Positions 27,771-41,500 of a stretch of 64,000 bases of DNA are shown here, in pieces (the first letter of the stretch is position 1; each line of letters begins with the position of its first letter). Made by a program: the position numbers and the translations under genes. The notes below the pieces were generated by a model. That model had not been told where the DNA came from. It did not search any database and was given only the letters and a program-made list of their open reading frames with translations. This DNA is from Cycas panzhihuaensis (taxonomy: Eukaryota; Plantae; Cycadophyta): positions 187,805,741 through 187,869,740 of the forward strand of contig CM041465.1 of the NCBI GenBank assembly GCA_023213395.1. Reading direction: 5' to 3'.

Positions 27771-29878
27771 TACTCATAAAATTTTACTTTGTGACTTGCT
27801 TAAATTACCATATCCTTTTCTTTAGTACAAGTGAGTATAAGGCCCATGTGCAAAGTCGCCCACATGTTGCAACATATACCTTAATCTAATGGATATGCTC
27901 ACTTTTTAACCTAGCAACCTTGCAATTCATATTCAATTCATCTCTCCTCCTATCACTCTAAATAAATAAAGGCTTCTATCACAAGCACCCTTAGATATAA
28001 TCACATGTTTAAGAATCAATGGTCATAGTTCACTTTATGACTCCATTTTTTTCTAATCATAACTTGATTGCTTCAACTCTCTCAATGTCTAACTTTAGCA
28101 AACATGCTTAATATGACCCATTGATATCCTACCATCTGTAATTTATTACCTCATATTTTCTCCCCTCATAATTTATCCTCTTACTGGGTTTTCTTTCACA
28201 ATGTTGCTTGTAATGGATATTGAGTATGCAATGCCCATTCTGCCAAATCTTATATAGACCTATACCTCTATCAACCTTTTAATACCATCGATCATCTTCA
28301 TAATAACACTCTGCTTTATTAACATTACTCAATCCTTAAATATAATTATCCTTCCTTAATGTGCTTATAAACTAATAAGTCTAATTCTAGAGGTATTATC
28401 TAAAGTGGTAATTGTTACCTTACTTGAGTTGATGTGTTACTCCAATTTTGCAATGGATTCATATTCAAATTATTTTAAAGTGGATTCTACATATTTTGGT
28501 TCATACATATTACCTGGTTCTTCTTTAGAATACTTATAAGTGAACTATCACTTGGTTGGTACATATATACTTATTATTTTTACTTTAAATTACTTATAAA
28601 TGGAAATTGCCTATGTTATCCTACTTGTATATGTTGTAATTCTTTTGTTCTTGATTCATGTGCTAACTTCTCAGGTAGCACTTGATTTCTATAATTCTAA
28701 TTTCCATGCAAGGTCATATTGAGATATAGATAAAGAGATAATATTATTTTTTAGCCTCTTTGTTACCTATCTCTTGTTATCCTATCATCTTCTTCTAGAT
28801 CTTGAGCCCCATTATGGAGTAATTATTTGGTCTTATTCTTACTATGGATGGATTTCAATACTTAAATTTTTATTACCTTTTTCTCTATTGGTAATACTAA
28901 CTTGTAGAATTAGAGGTAGTATTGGAAGTAATACCGTATTATTTTAGACATTTTTTATTAATCACTCTTTCATCCATAATAATAAGCCCTCACCCAACTA
29001 GTTAGTCCTTATCACTTCTATTAAAGAGGCTTCTACATACTCATAAGGCACTTATACAAACTTATTATAAAACCTTAGATCAAGAAAACTCTCATAGGAT
29101 CAATTCTACCTAATAATGCTTATATTTCTAAGATGTGTATTAAATAAATTTGACATAAATCCATGAAGCATTCTAGAAAAATATAATTTGAATCCTTATT
29201 GGTTATTCAAATTAAATAATCCAACAAGATAGCCTAAAATACCAAAAAAGTGGGTGTATCACAACTTTATCACTAAGGCAAATTGTTGAAACTAGAATAT
29301 TCTAATCTAAAAGTTAAGAAAATCTTATAAGCTTCTCCTTAGCAACTTTTAAAATATATCGAGATCTTTTTTATAATAATTACTCTATATCTTTTAAAAC
29401 CACCATGCTTAAAAATAAACAGTATAGCCACTAAAATATCAAAAAGTACCCTTATATATATTATAAGGTTGAGTTTTATTAGTGATAAAATGATATGTAA
29501 TAAAATGCAAAATTAAATTACATTTTAACTTATATATGAAACATATGCAAGTAGAGTGTATTAACAATATTATGAATTCAAATTGAGCACTAGTAACTTG
29601 CCATGTGCATCTTTTCATAAAAGTAATTAATAAGCTTCAATGAGTGGTATCTCAGATCTAAATACCTATAATTAGTTTAGATGACTTTTTCCAATTCCAC
29701 TTATTATAATATGCTAAAATGTCCATAATTAGGCTTGAAGGGGTACAAGATGAGGGAGGTCCTACCATAGATCATACCAAACAATATACTTTCAAAGGTT
29801 TTAGTGTAAATCATGGTATAGATATACTTTTATACCTTGCAACTATTGAAATATAGATCAAAATCAGCTTGGATACCA

Positions 29879-32295
29879 TGTAGAAAGGGATATAAGTATT
29901 ATAACGTAATATGTAAATAGCATGAGATGATGAGGGGTGTAAACTGTAAATGAATTAAAAAATGAAGTATGTACAAATATATAAGACAACAAAGCTTATA
30001 CAAAATGATCATACCCAATTATTATATTAAGTATAAGTACATACTTATAATATGCAATCACCTCATAGTTGTCCAATCATATATGAGAACCATTATATCC
30101 ACCATTAGGATAATACATACACTAGTATACACATGCACACACCTTAATGACATATTTTAATATTACATGATAGAGATGTAGGACATTTAACCTCAACATT
30201 AAATATTACTCTTAACATCCACTCTAAAAATGTTTCTTGTCGCATCAAAACACAATACACCCTTTGTCTTAAAATTTTCACTAAGGTAGCTACCATAATT
30301 GCATCCTTCTTTAAACATGTTAGATCAAATAGAAAACATCTCCAAATTATATAAGTTATATCTTCAATCTGTTTAATCAACCAAATTGTTGTTAATATTT
30401 ATATAAAGAAGACTCCATTTATTAGAGTACATTGGTAATTAATTATTGCAGCCATTAGTTCTACATGAAGCTTCTTTGAGTACATGGTTATGCTAACATC
30501 TTTTAGTACGATTCTAGGAATAGGCCAAACTACTTGGGTATCCCAATGAGTTGAGCAAAAAGATATAGTAGCTTCCTTTTAGTGAATCCTCTACAAGTGG
30601 CCCCTTCAATCTTTTTCTTTAAAAAGCAACATATTAAAGCCTCCAAAAATTAGTCCATCCATACTTGTTCTCAAAAGCCCCTATGGGCTCTCTATATACA
30701 ACTGCCATATGGCTTACAAGGACCAATAATTGATAAAAAAACATAAGATATGACCTCCATCTTCAAAGAATAAATATTTATCAAATTTCTCTCTCATTTT
30801 TAATAATAATTAGGTTCTCATAAGCTAAAATAAGCCTACAATGAGCCTTTTTTTTTTCCTTACTAAAATGAGATAATAACCATTAATTATGCATCTAAGA
30901 ACCTTAAGTGGTTAATAAATAATAAAATGTATATTTATTTTTCTAAAAAATGAACCTATAAAACATGTTGAATTTAATTTACTCAACTTCAATAATTAGA
31001 ACCTCCATTAAATCGCATTCAAACTATATCATATGACTAGGCATTAGAAATCCCTATGTGTTAACTTCACAATACAACTGATGACGCTCAATTTTGATAT
31101 TTCATTAGGGAGATATTGATATTTTCCTAAGGATGTATATCATTTTTAGTCAAAGAATGTGAAAAACCTAAAAACACCCTTTATGAATTAGACCTCAGTC
31201 ACTTTAAAACACCCATATAACCATACTTAGGGAAAGTGAAATTTCTAACACATTATAAAATTATTTTTTTTTATTTTGTAATGTTTATAACTTTGATTTA
31301 TAAAAACTCAAACTATCGCTTATCTTTCTTCTACATGTAGACCAAATTGTTATTTGTACTTTTGAAACCAACGATCAATTTCATCATCATATGACTTGTA
31401 TACTATAGATATGATGCCCAATAAGTGAGTGACACCTTCCAGAGATGATAAAAATAATAATTTTCATTTACATATTATGTTAGAAGGCATACAACACACC
31501 ATTAATATACTCAATAGGCTTTAAATGTACCCAATGCTCTAAACATGGTCGTAAAACACTAAATATTATGTTGAATAGCTATATACACCTCAAGAGATTA
31601 CTAAAATTCTAGATACAATGCAATAAATCCTTCAAAATGGTCTCACTCCTAATTAGAGAGATTAAACATTCAATGAACTCACTAGATATCAATGTTATTT
31701 AATAGCATATAACAAGCAACAATAATAACAACATCTCCATAAACCCTTCAATAGCAAATTTTCTTTAAATAATATGCAAGTTCTTTATCAATGTCATATC
31801 ACTCTTCATCCTACATGCAACTCTCATTATCACCTCATCATGCCCTAAAACTTAACTCTTCTTTTCTCTAAATTCTTGAATGAAGTCTCCTACATGATGT
31901 CTCTTCAATCTTCCCACTCTGATGTGCAATAGGATTGCACAACCTACTTTGATACCATGTAGAAACGTTATAAGCATTATAACATAATATATAAATAGCA
32001 TAAGATGAGTAAAGATGTAAACTATAAATGAATCAAAGAATGGAGTTTGTAAAAATACATAACATAATAAAGCTTATGGGAAATAATAATATTCAATTAT
32101 TGTATTAAGTATAAATACATACTTATAGTACATGCCACCTCACAGTTGTCCAATCATATATGAGATCCATTATGTTCATCATTAGGACAATACATGGATT
32201 AGTGTCCACATGCATATACCTTGATGAGATATTTTAATATGACATAAAAGAGTTAGGGGACATCTTAACCTCAATATTTAACATTGCTTCTAACA
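29879..32295 (-). mobile_element. Non-autonomous LTR element (~339-bp LTRs 29879-30217 and 31958-32295; ~1.7-kb internal region with no recognisable domains)
   Basis: Both LTRs read TGTAGAAA...TAACA; PBS (reverse complement actttgatacca) 31946-31957; degenerate PPT after 30217; no TSD. Confidence 0.8.
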
Positions 32296-32945
32296 GCATC
32301 AATGTATGAATTCATCACTGATGGCCCTAAATATTTGGTCTATAATTAATGAGACTATATAGGTCTATAAAATAACATTAACTATAAGTGTTAGATTGGT
32401 AAGAAAATCATAAATTCAATTCAAACAAAGATTTATAAGACTATAATAAAGGGTTAAAGTGGAGAAGTAAAGCCAAAATTACAAATGCTAATAGATTTAC
32501 TAAACATAGAAGGCTAAATCTTAATGTTTGTCATTAAATTTTTTAAAATAAGGATTTGAAATTAAAGAAATCTTAATGAAAAATTGGCTACTAATTCTAG
32601 TAATAAAGAGTCTATGATAGCTAATTCTAGTAGAAATAAGAGCTCTGCCAGTTACACCATAAGACCCTTAACAAATTAGGTCCTCCAAAATGTTGAGATG
32701 ACTATGGGAAAACTCAAGTAGAACTACTTTAAAGCTAAGTACAGAGAACTTAGTACAAATACCATCAAAATATTCAAAGACATATATGGCAACCAATTAC
32801 TTGTATTCTAATTCATTAATAAGATAGTGCAAAATGTGTTAATATAAATGTGTCAATCTAGGCTACATGCTCAAGATAATGTTAAAAATAAAATAGAATA
32901 TTAATGGCATAGGTCTAGTAAAATATAGAATATAGCCAAGATCAA

Positions 32946-33343
32946 GTTCTAATACCACATGAAACACACCTAACAGTAATAATTATTAGAAATTAAAGAT
33001 ATAAATAGCAAAAAATATAATATTAAGAAAAATAATAGATATTATGGATAGAAAATGATAATTACATAAAAGCATATGAGTGTAGAGAATAATAGAAGAA
33101 TATAGTATTGAAGTGACCAATGGAAATTAGTCCATTGTAAAGAAAAATAAAATAACCATATGTCTTTACAATGATATGTTGCATATTTATAGATGTATAA
33201 TTATGAACCATTAAAACCTATATTCTAAATTATGATTATAAAGATGACTTTATTTAATTTGGGCTCCTTATAACTTATACATTCTATAGATACTATAGCT
33301 AATAAAAATTTTACATAGTGTCTCTTATAAGATAGATTTGACA
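32946..33343 (-). mobile_element. Possible orphan 5' LTR with PBS
   Basis: gttctaatacca (PBS reverse complement) followed by ca-TGAAAC at 32960; right end and partner LTR not established. Confidence 0.3.
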
Positions 33344-33831
33344 ATTTTGAAGCAAAAGTTATTCTTTGTAGATATAGCCATAATCATAATAATAAGCCAT
33401 ATACCAACATAAAAATATAACTAGCCCCTAGCCCAACTATCTTACCATGAACCTCTTTTAGCTTATATCAATTCACAAAAAAATTATAAAGTACCAACTT
33501 GAAATATAATATGAAATAATATTGATACAATTTTTCGCACACTATTATTCACCTATAAGTGAATAATGGGCTCTAAAAAGATTCCTTCTTTTAGTAGAAT
33601 AGTTATCTATAATTCAAAAACTAGTGATGAGACTTCTTCTCAAGGACATACATGTCATATGTATTAGAAAGATAACATTTTCTCCCCACCATATAGTTAG
33701 TCCTAACTAACTCTCTCTTATGCCAATAAGTTGAGGGATATAATAATGCATTATAATTATTCATAGTTAATTACAAATAATAATAAAACATCTAATCTTG
33801 ACCCACTTAGAATAACACTCAACTCAGCCAC

Positions 33832-34187
33832 TATAATGGATGTAATGAGCATTATGAAATAAATACTAAAAACTAATCTAAACTTAAATGATAGTATTTA
33901 TAAATAGGCCAATAAATACATAAGCACTAATGAAATTAGAAATGAGAAAAACTATAATTGATGGTCAAATAGTCTCTTTAGATGAAGACGTTAATGCTAT
34001 GACTAATTTCTTTAATATACTTTTACAATGGTTTAAGAAGTAAATTATATACATGTGTTCACACATATTCATAATTCCCACCTCTTCAAAACTATCTTTT
34101 CAAATATTATTTTAATATAATTACTAACACATGCTTATTTATTATTAAACCTATGCTTACTATCTACCAATTATAGGGTCCATAATA
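33832..34187 (-). repeat. 3' LTR of chromovirus 33832-56618
   Basis: Aligns, strongly diverged, with 43451-43646 joined to 56464-56618. Confidence 0.75.
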
Positions 34188-36442
34188 TCCCCTCCTTTTA
34201 GAAATACTTTATCCTCAAAGAATTGAAAGGCTTGGAATTAGTTGCTAGCTTGACTTTGTGTTAGCTAACTGGGGCCTCATGTTCTCTAGTCACCTCCTTC
34301 TCTAACTATTTCACCTATTGACGTAATATTCTTAAGTGACCCTTGGCTATATTTTTTTAGGACAAGTAATTAAAATGCCTTTAGAAGTTAAAACTCCCTA
34401 ACTTGGAACTTTCTATTAAGGTAGTTATTATTTGAATAAAGTATGATCTTATTATGGAAGTCCTAAGGATCAAACTATTGATTTGCCTAAAGCTTTACAT
34501 CAACCTAATAGATTTCCTTTCAAGTAGAATTGAGCAATAAAGTTGGCTTGACCTTCCTTGTCAGGTAGAGTCCTAGAGTCAAAGCTAGTGATTCTTGAGA
34601 TTTGACAAGGTTTTGCATCTAGTTTAAATCGTATGAAGCTTTATTTATCATTCAACCCATAAGTACTTAATTCTTTTATCCACTCAACACCTAATACCAC
34701 ATCTATAGTGGTAATGTGAAAGGTATAGCAATTACCTAAAAATGTAAGTGTAGCAAGCTATAGTCGTTGATGCAAAATTTTACCATCACAAGTGATATAG
34801 CATTTAGTAGGTATATAGATATGGAAAATATTAGATTTATTTATATAAAGACCCACTCTTAAGGTGAGATTTGTGTCAATAAAATAATGTGTACTTCCTA
34901 GGTAAATTAAGATAACCACTTTTTATTTTCACAAGAATCCATATAAATGAATTAAATATCATTATCAAATATTTTATATGTCTATCATTAAAATGGTTAG
35001 TTACCCATCATCAAAAAGTGTATCCTACATGTGCTAATGGCATTATTGATCATTAGGGATGTTAAGTTGAATCTCATCATCTTCTTACTCTGTCTTCAAC
35101 AATTGTTGCCTCTTTAAGCAAATCATGTTATGACCATAAAACCATTTTTCCTTACATGAAAAGAAGTTTCCATTCTTCTTAGACATATCAACTTCATCAC
35201 TTTGAGAGATTAGAGGACTTACCCCAAGGGTAGGCCATTAAGCTAAGTAAATGTAATAAGAATCTTAAAAGTTAAACTTAGTCTTTGCATATTTTACTAT
35301 TGTAATGGAATTAGTCAATAACCTCAGTTGAAACATTCTAAACTCTATACCAATGTTATAATGGAGATTGGCCTGGTAAACTTATGTAGATTCTTCATTA
35401 GGAATGTTTGTTTTGAGATGATGTTTCTCAAAATATTTAGTAAAGTCTTCAACAGAGGAGTTGTGTTAGAAGAAATATTAGAGTTAAACCTTATAATGGG
35501 CTAAACTAAAACCTTCAATTCATTAATGAAGGTCATCAATGAAATCAATTCAAAGTGTAAAATTGTGACCTTTATACCATTTTTAACCCATCTAATAAAC
35601 AATTATTGGCCTATTGAGTTTTGTCATTTTCATTATTGATAAGAATATCCCAAAATGCTATAGTCAATTTGGCAATCAACTTGTTGACATTAACTAACCC
35701 ATTAACACTAATTAGGGATGGGAAATTATTTTTTATTCTAAATGGGTTTGTTAACACTATTTTTATTACTATTTTGAGGTGGATGTGATGTCTCAATATT
35801 AAAATCTATAAGAATAAATCATTTATATTCAATTTATTTATTGCATTCTTTTAAGGAGGTAAGACAAGCATTAACACTATTACAGGCATCATCTTTTAAG
35901 GGTATTACAATTCCTTTCTTGTACTCAACTTCAAAGGGCTTCTTGGTTTAGAATTAGAATTCTAAAATCTCATAAATTCATTAGTAAATTGTTAGAATAT
36001 TAATATGTTATGAATCCCTTGTTCAAGGATGAAAGATGGAGTATTTGTCTTGTTTAAGAATAGTAACCACTTATATGATTATTTTTTAATGATATAAAAC
36101 TTTAAAATTAAGAGAAATTATTTTTGAGAAACATAAAAGGGTACCTTTATAGGCTAAACATTATCTTAGCACTTCTTTGGCATATGATTGCAAGCTATTC
36201 ATCTAGGAGGCTAAAACTTAGAATTTAGAAATTTATCCAATATGACTTAATTTTTTAAAACCTTAGAAAATTAAAATTTTAGCTAGAAATCAATTGTTAT
36301 CCTTTTTTTTAAAAACAACGAAGCGATCCAAGAAGACGACGAACCTGTGGACCTATGTAACAGCAACTGGTGGCTAGGGTTAGTCTCGTTTATAGGCGAG
36401 GGCAGGGGGGTGACCCCCCAGAAGTGTTTTCTTGACGATGTA

Positions 36443-38500
36443 ATGGCGCTATCGATCTTGAACCTCCACGGGTTGGCGTAGGCAGGCGCATGCACAGTCT
36501 TCGGGTAATAAAGGGCAGTGGTCGCATTGCGAGGAGAGGCAGCGGCGTTGGGATATCCCTTGCTAAGGGGCATCATGCTTACAAGTGCAAGGACAGAGGC
36601 AAGTTAGAGTGAGAATAGCGAGGATGTCCAGGTAGAGGCATGCAGGTTAGACGTAACAAGGGTACAAAGAACTCTCAAGAAAACAGTGCTGAGCGATCTT
36701 TGGCAGATCTTAGCAGACTACAAAGGAGTTGCAGGCCTAGAAGTTCCAGCCAAAAGAAGTTTGACCAAGCTTGGAATCCCAGTATACTTAAGAAGGCAGC
36801 AAGCCAAGATAGCAAGGGGGTTAGGTTTTGCAAAGACATGCACAATTTATTGGTGAGTCTTCACTGTCTTACGCGATCTTTGTAAGTCTTTTTCATGTTT
36901 TCCATATGATGCAAACAACAATGAACCAGTCCTAGTCCTCTCCCATGGGGAGGACCTACCTTGACACATTAAGGAATGGTAACTATGAGGAATAAGAAAT
37001 CATCCCTGTTAAGATTGGAAATAGATTTAAAATATCGATCCCGAAAGAGGTAACCCAAAAGACCATAAAATATTGGGAGTACAGCCTGGTTGGTAGGTTT
37101 TCGGGTACTAGGCCTGGGTTGGACATCATTAGAGAGTGGATAAGAAACAAGTGGAAGACCAAAAACCCAGTTCAAGTCATGGCAATGCCTAAGGGCTACG
37201 TCCTATTTAGGTTCCTTAACCAGGAAGATATGATTCCCATTTTATTAAAGTCCCCATGGATGTTTGGGAGAAAGGCCATGTCACTGGAGAAGTGACATCC
37301 AGATTTCGACCTAGGCACTCCTGTGGTAAAACAAGCCCCAGTGTGGGTGCAGATGCCTGGGCTTCCTCTACATTTCTGGAACCCAGAGACAGTTAAAGGG
37401 GTGGCCAAAACGATTGGGCCATTGTTAGCCTTGGACTCGGCTACAAAACACAGATCTAGACTAATGAACGCCAGATTTTATGTTCTGGCCAGGCTAGACA
37501 GTGAGCTACCAGATGAGGTAAAGATAGAGTCAGATAGTAGATCTATCATTCAAGGCTTATTTTATGAAGTGGAAGGCTTTAGGTGTGCAAAGTGTAAGGG
37601 CAGGGGGAATCTCCCCTTCCAATGCCTAGGGGTCCCATTAAGGGCAGACAATTTGGTAACAGGTAAGGAGAAAGAAGAAGGAGAAGTAGATATAATCAGG
37701 GGGGAGACTTTGATAGCTGATACCGAGAGTTCAGGTAAGGATGGTAATAGAAATGTATCTGGTGAAGGTGCCAAGATTTCTAATGGGACAGCCCCAAGCG
37801 ATGGTGGTGGTATACCCCAAAGCGCGAAGAGTCAGGTTATGATCAAGGAGTCAGGTTCAGCTTCAATATGCCCAACTGACAAATCAAAAGCTGAAGAAAC
37901 TCCGATAGATAAGGTAGTCCAGGAAGGTGGGGGCACAGATACAACAGCATTAGTAGTGGGAAGGGGAACTACCGAGGAGATAATTGGTTCCCAGGGCTCG
38001 GCTCTATGTTTGCTTCAGAGTCGTGAGCCGGAGGGCACTAAGGATCAATCTTTGGTTCCAGGTCAGCTCAAGGGGGAGGGGACTTTTTCCCTCCAACTGT
38101 AGAGTCGGCTCTAGCCAGGATTGTAAAGAACATAAACTAGGATTTAGAGGACTATTTATCAGAGACTGAAGAGGGGGGACCGAGAGAGCGGACCCAAGAG
38201 GTAGGACAGGCAGGTATTGCTATTGAAGGAGGTCCTAGAACCAGGCTCAAAGGTGTAGACCTAGAAAAAGGTAGGGCTGGGACACGCAAATGGGTTTCAA
38301 AAAGTAATACATCAGACTTGAGGAGAGCAACAGACTACGGGATGGAGAAGAAGGTGGGTAGACCCCCTAAAAGACCCACTAGAGAAAAAGAAACTTAGGC
38401 TTAGATCGACATGGGTTATCAGAGCACGATTAAGGAGGGGGGTACGTTAGAAGGCCCTAACCTTAGGAGCAAGAAGGGAGGAGGGCAGTAGTTCTAGGAT
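36443..38500 (+). pseudogene. LINE ORF1 (DUF4283/RRM-like domain plus zinc knuckle), interrupted by stops
   Basis: WEYSLVGRFSG...GYVLFRF...PWMFG...APVWVQMPGLPLHFW...FYEVEGFRCAKCKGRGN...C. Start and end approximate. Confidence 0.85.
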
Positions 38501-38504
38501 TTCT

Positions 38505-41500
38505 ATGAAGGTTTTATCCTGGAACATTAGGGGGCTAAATGCCCCATCTAAGCAGAGATTGGCAAAAGAATTAAGGATTAGGACAGGAGCAGATCTTGTC
38601 CTATTGCAGGAGACAAACTTGGAACAGACTAAAGAAAGAGAGGTGCTTAACAAGATCTAGAGAAGGGGAGAAGGGAGGACTAGTGTAGGGTAGGCAGGAT
38701 CTAGGGGGCTGGCCTCCCTTTGGAACCTGAATAGATGGAGGGGTTACGAGGTGAAAAAGAATGATCACTTCCTAACCGTTGCTCTGGTCTGTCTCAAGAC
38801 TAACAAAGAGTATTGGATCATAAATGTTTATGCCCCCACCTCTGTGAAGGGCAGGAAGAGATTATGAGAAAGATTGGTGGAGGCCCATAAAGACTGGGAA
38901 GGCCCATGGCTGGTGGCAGGGGATTTTAATTCTCCCCTTAGCCTGGATGAGAAGAAAGGGGGGCAAGTTAGTTGGACTAGGAGTATGTCTGATCTTGGTG
39001 TATTCTTGCAGACGAGAGGCTTGTTGGACGTTCCCCTTAGGGGAGCTAGGTATACTTGGCCTAACAGGCAGCTAGGCCATAATCACATACAGTGTAGATT
39101 GGATAGGATGCTAACAAACTATGAATAGGCTTGTCACTTTGAAGGCATCAAATTGGAGGCTCTCCCAAAATCTGGGTCTGATCACTCTCCTCTTATTCTT
39201 GAGGGGTCTATTCCCAGTCTTCATAAAGGGGTGCCCTTCCATTTCGAACTCATGTGGCTGAAGCACACGGACCTCAGGGGGAGGATTGGCGATTGGTGGG
39301 GAGTTCCGGTTCAGGGCTACGCAATGTTCAGGTTCTCGAAGAAGCTGAATTGGATCAAGAAACAAATCAAGATCTGGAATAGGGAGGTCTTTGGAAATAT
39401 TTTTGAAGACAAGGGGGCCCTGTTGTCAAAGCTAAAAGGGATAGAGGATAGGATCCAGCTCGAAGGTAGAACCCAGGATTTGGACCAATTGGAACATTCC
39501 AATTCTAAGAAATTAGAGGAGGTGCTGGCAAGGGAGGAAATTTTCTAGAAGCAGAAATCTAGAGAGCTGTGGATACGGGAGGGGGATAGAAATACCAAGT
39601 TCTTCCACCTGTCCACCTTGAAGCACAGAGCTCATAACAAGATCAATAAACTTTGGAGCGAGGATGGGGCTACGCATGAGGCGGAGGACCAGATCGGTGG
39701 AGTTGCGATGAATTACTTCAAGGAGTTATATACAGAACCAGGTTGTCAGGACCATGAACTAAGAGCCGTTCTTTTGCAACACATCCCAAAAGTTATCTCT
39801 GAGGCTCTTAACAGCAAATTGACAGAACCCTTCTCCCAGGAAGAAGTTGAGAGGGCCCTATTTAAGATGGGTAGGGATAAGGCCCCGGGGCTGGATGGGT
39901 TTCCTCTTGGATTTTTTTAAGAATATTGGGAGATTATCAAGGATGACCTAATATCTGTGCTAAATGAATTCTTTCTAAGACGGACAATTCTGGAAGAGTG
40001 GCAGGCTACCTTTCTAGTTTTGATCCTGAAGAAGGAGGGTGCGGATGTCATGGAGGATTTTAGACCAATTAGTCTTTGCAATATTAAATACAAGATTCTG
40101 GCCAAAGTGTTAGCAAACTATCTCAAGGAGACCCTCCCAGCTATCATTTCTCCTAACCAAGATGGTTTTGTTAAAGGAAGACAGATTACAGATGGTATTA
40201 TAACTATCCATGAAACCCTACATTTAACTCTTCACCGTACGAAAGCGGGTATGATAATTAAAATAGATATGTCCAAAGCCTACGACCGGGTGGCTTGGGA
40301 CTGTCTACTGGATTGCCTTGAGGCGTTTAGTTTTGGGGAAGTATGGAGGGATTGGATGAGATGCTGTATATCCAGGGTGTCCTTTTCAGTGATCATAAAT
40401 GGGAGGTCGACCCCTTTCTTTACTGGATCCAGGGGGTTAAGGTAAGGTAACCCCCTCTCTCCTTTTCTTTTTATCATCATGGCAGAGTTATTAGGTAGGG
40501 CAACCATGGAGGCCCAGTGGTCAGGGAGGATAACAGGTTTGAGAGCATCCTCAAACTTGGATAATATTGTGCACCATCAGTTTGTAGATGATAATATCTT
40601 TATGTGCAGGGCCTCCCTGGGGGAGGCCAGGGCCCTAAAAATGGGGCTTCAGACTTACGAAAAAGCTACAAATCAAAAAATCAATTTGAGTAAAAGCTTA
40701 GCCTTTTTCATTAATACAATGGAGAGGCTGCAGAGAAGCATCTGCAGGGTTTTGGAGATCACCAGGAGCCCTCTCCCTAGTTCTTACCTAGGTATGCCCC
40801 TTTTTGTGGGTAAGATGGGGAAGAACTTGTGGGACCCAATTGTGAGCAGATTCAACAGGAAACTGGCAGGATGGAAAGGGGCCCTTCTTAGTTGGGCTGG
40901 AAAAATTTAGTTAGTGGTGGCCTCCCTACAGAGTATCCCTGTCTATCAAATGACCGTATTTAAGATGCCGAATAAGGTTATTTCTACATTGGAAGGAATT
41001 ATGAAGAGAGTTAGGAGCTGAAAACAAAAAGAGAGTCCACCCAGTGTCTTGGGAGAAGGTCTATAAGCCTAAGTGGGTGGGAGGTCTCAGCATTAGAAGG
41101 TTGGGCCTATTCAATGAAGCTCCTTTGGCAAAGACGGGGTGGAGACTCGTTAAAGAAGCCAGATTAGTATCGGGGAGAATTATAGCTAGGAAGTACCTTG
41201 GGGACAATCATTTTCTGACGGTGGAGAGCCTGTGCCTAGAGGGATCCCCTATTTGGAAGGCCATTCGGTCTTCGAGGCCTCTCCTGCGTGCTAGCGTACG
41301 TTGGAAATTGGGGGATGGAGAGTGTATAAGGTTCTGGGAAGACAAATAGTGTGGTAACTCAAAACTAGAGGACTTGCCTAATATCGGCCCCATAAAGCGG
41401 GACACCATGTACAACTATGGGTCTAGGGTTAAGAACTATTGGGTGGGGCAGGGAAAGGACAGGCGGCGGAGATCGTTTAAGGAGCTGCATGGCCTAGAGG

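Larger units (their letters stand above)
23354..29270 (-). mobile_element. Heavily decayed Ty3/Gypsy debris (gag ~28200-28900, RT/RH ~25900-26750, a further gag-like remnant ~24000-25000)
   Basis: Minus strand gives weak RT motifs (DKLVEQLKEVNIGNKVHI resembling DELLDQLxGAxxFSKIDL; GV*NAPSF resembling GLxNAPxxF). No LTR pair resolved. Confidence 0.45.

Noticed and set aside
35637-35876. Possible solo LTR (TG...TTAACA with ttttgaggtgg motif)
   Set aside because: No consistent TSD for any candidate start and no second copy in the window.
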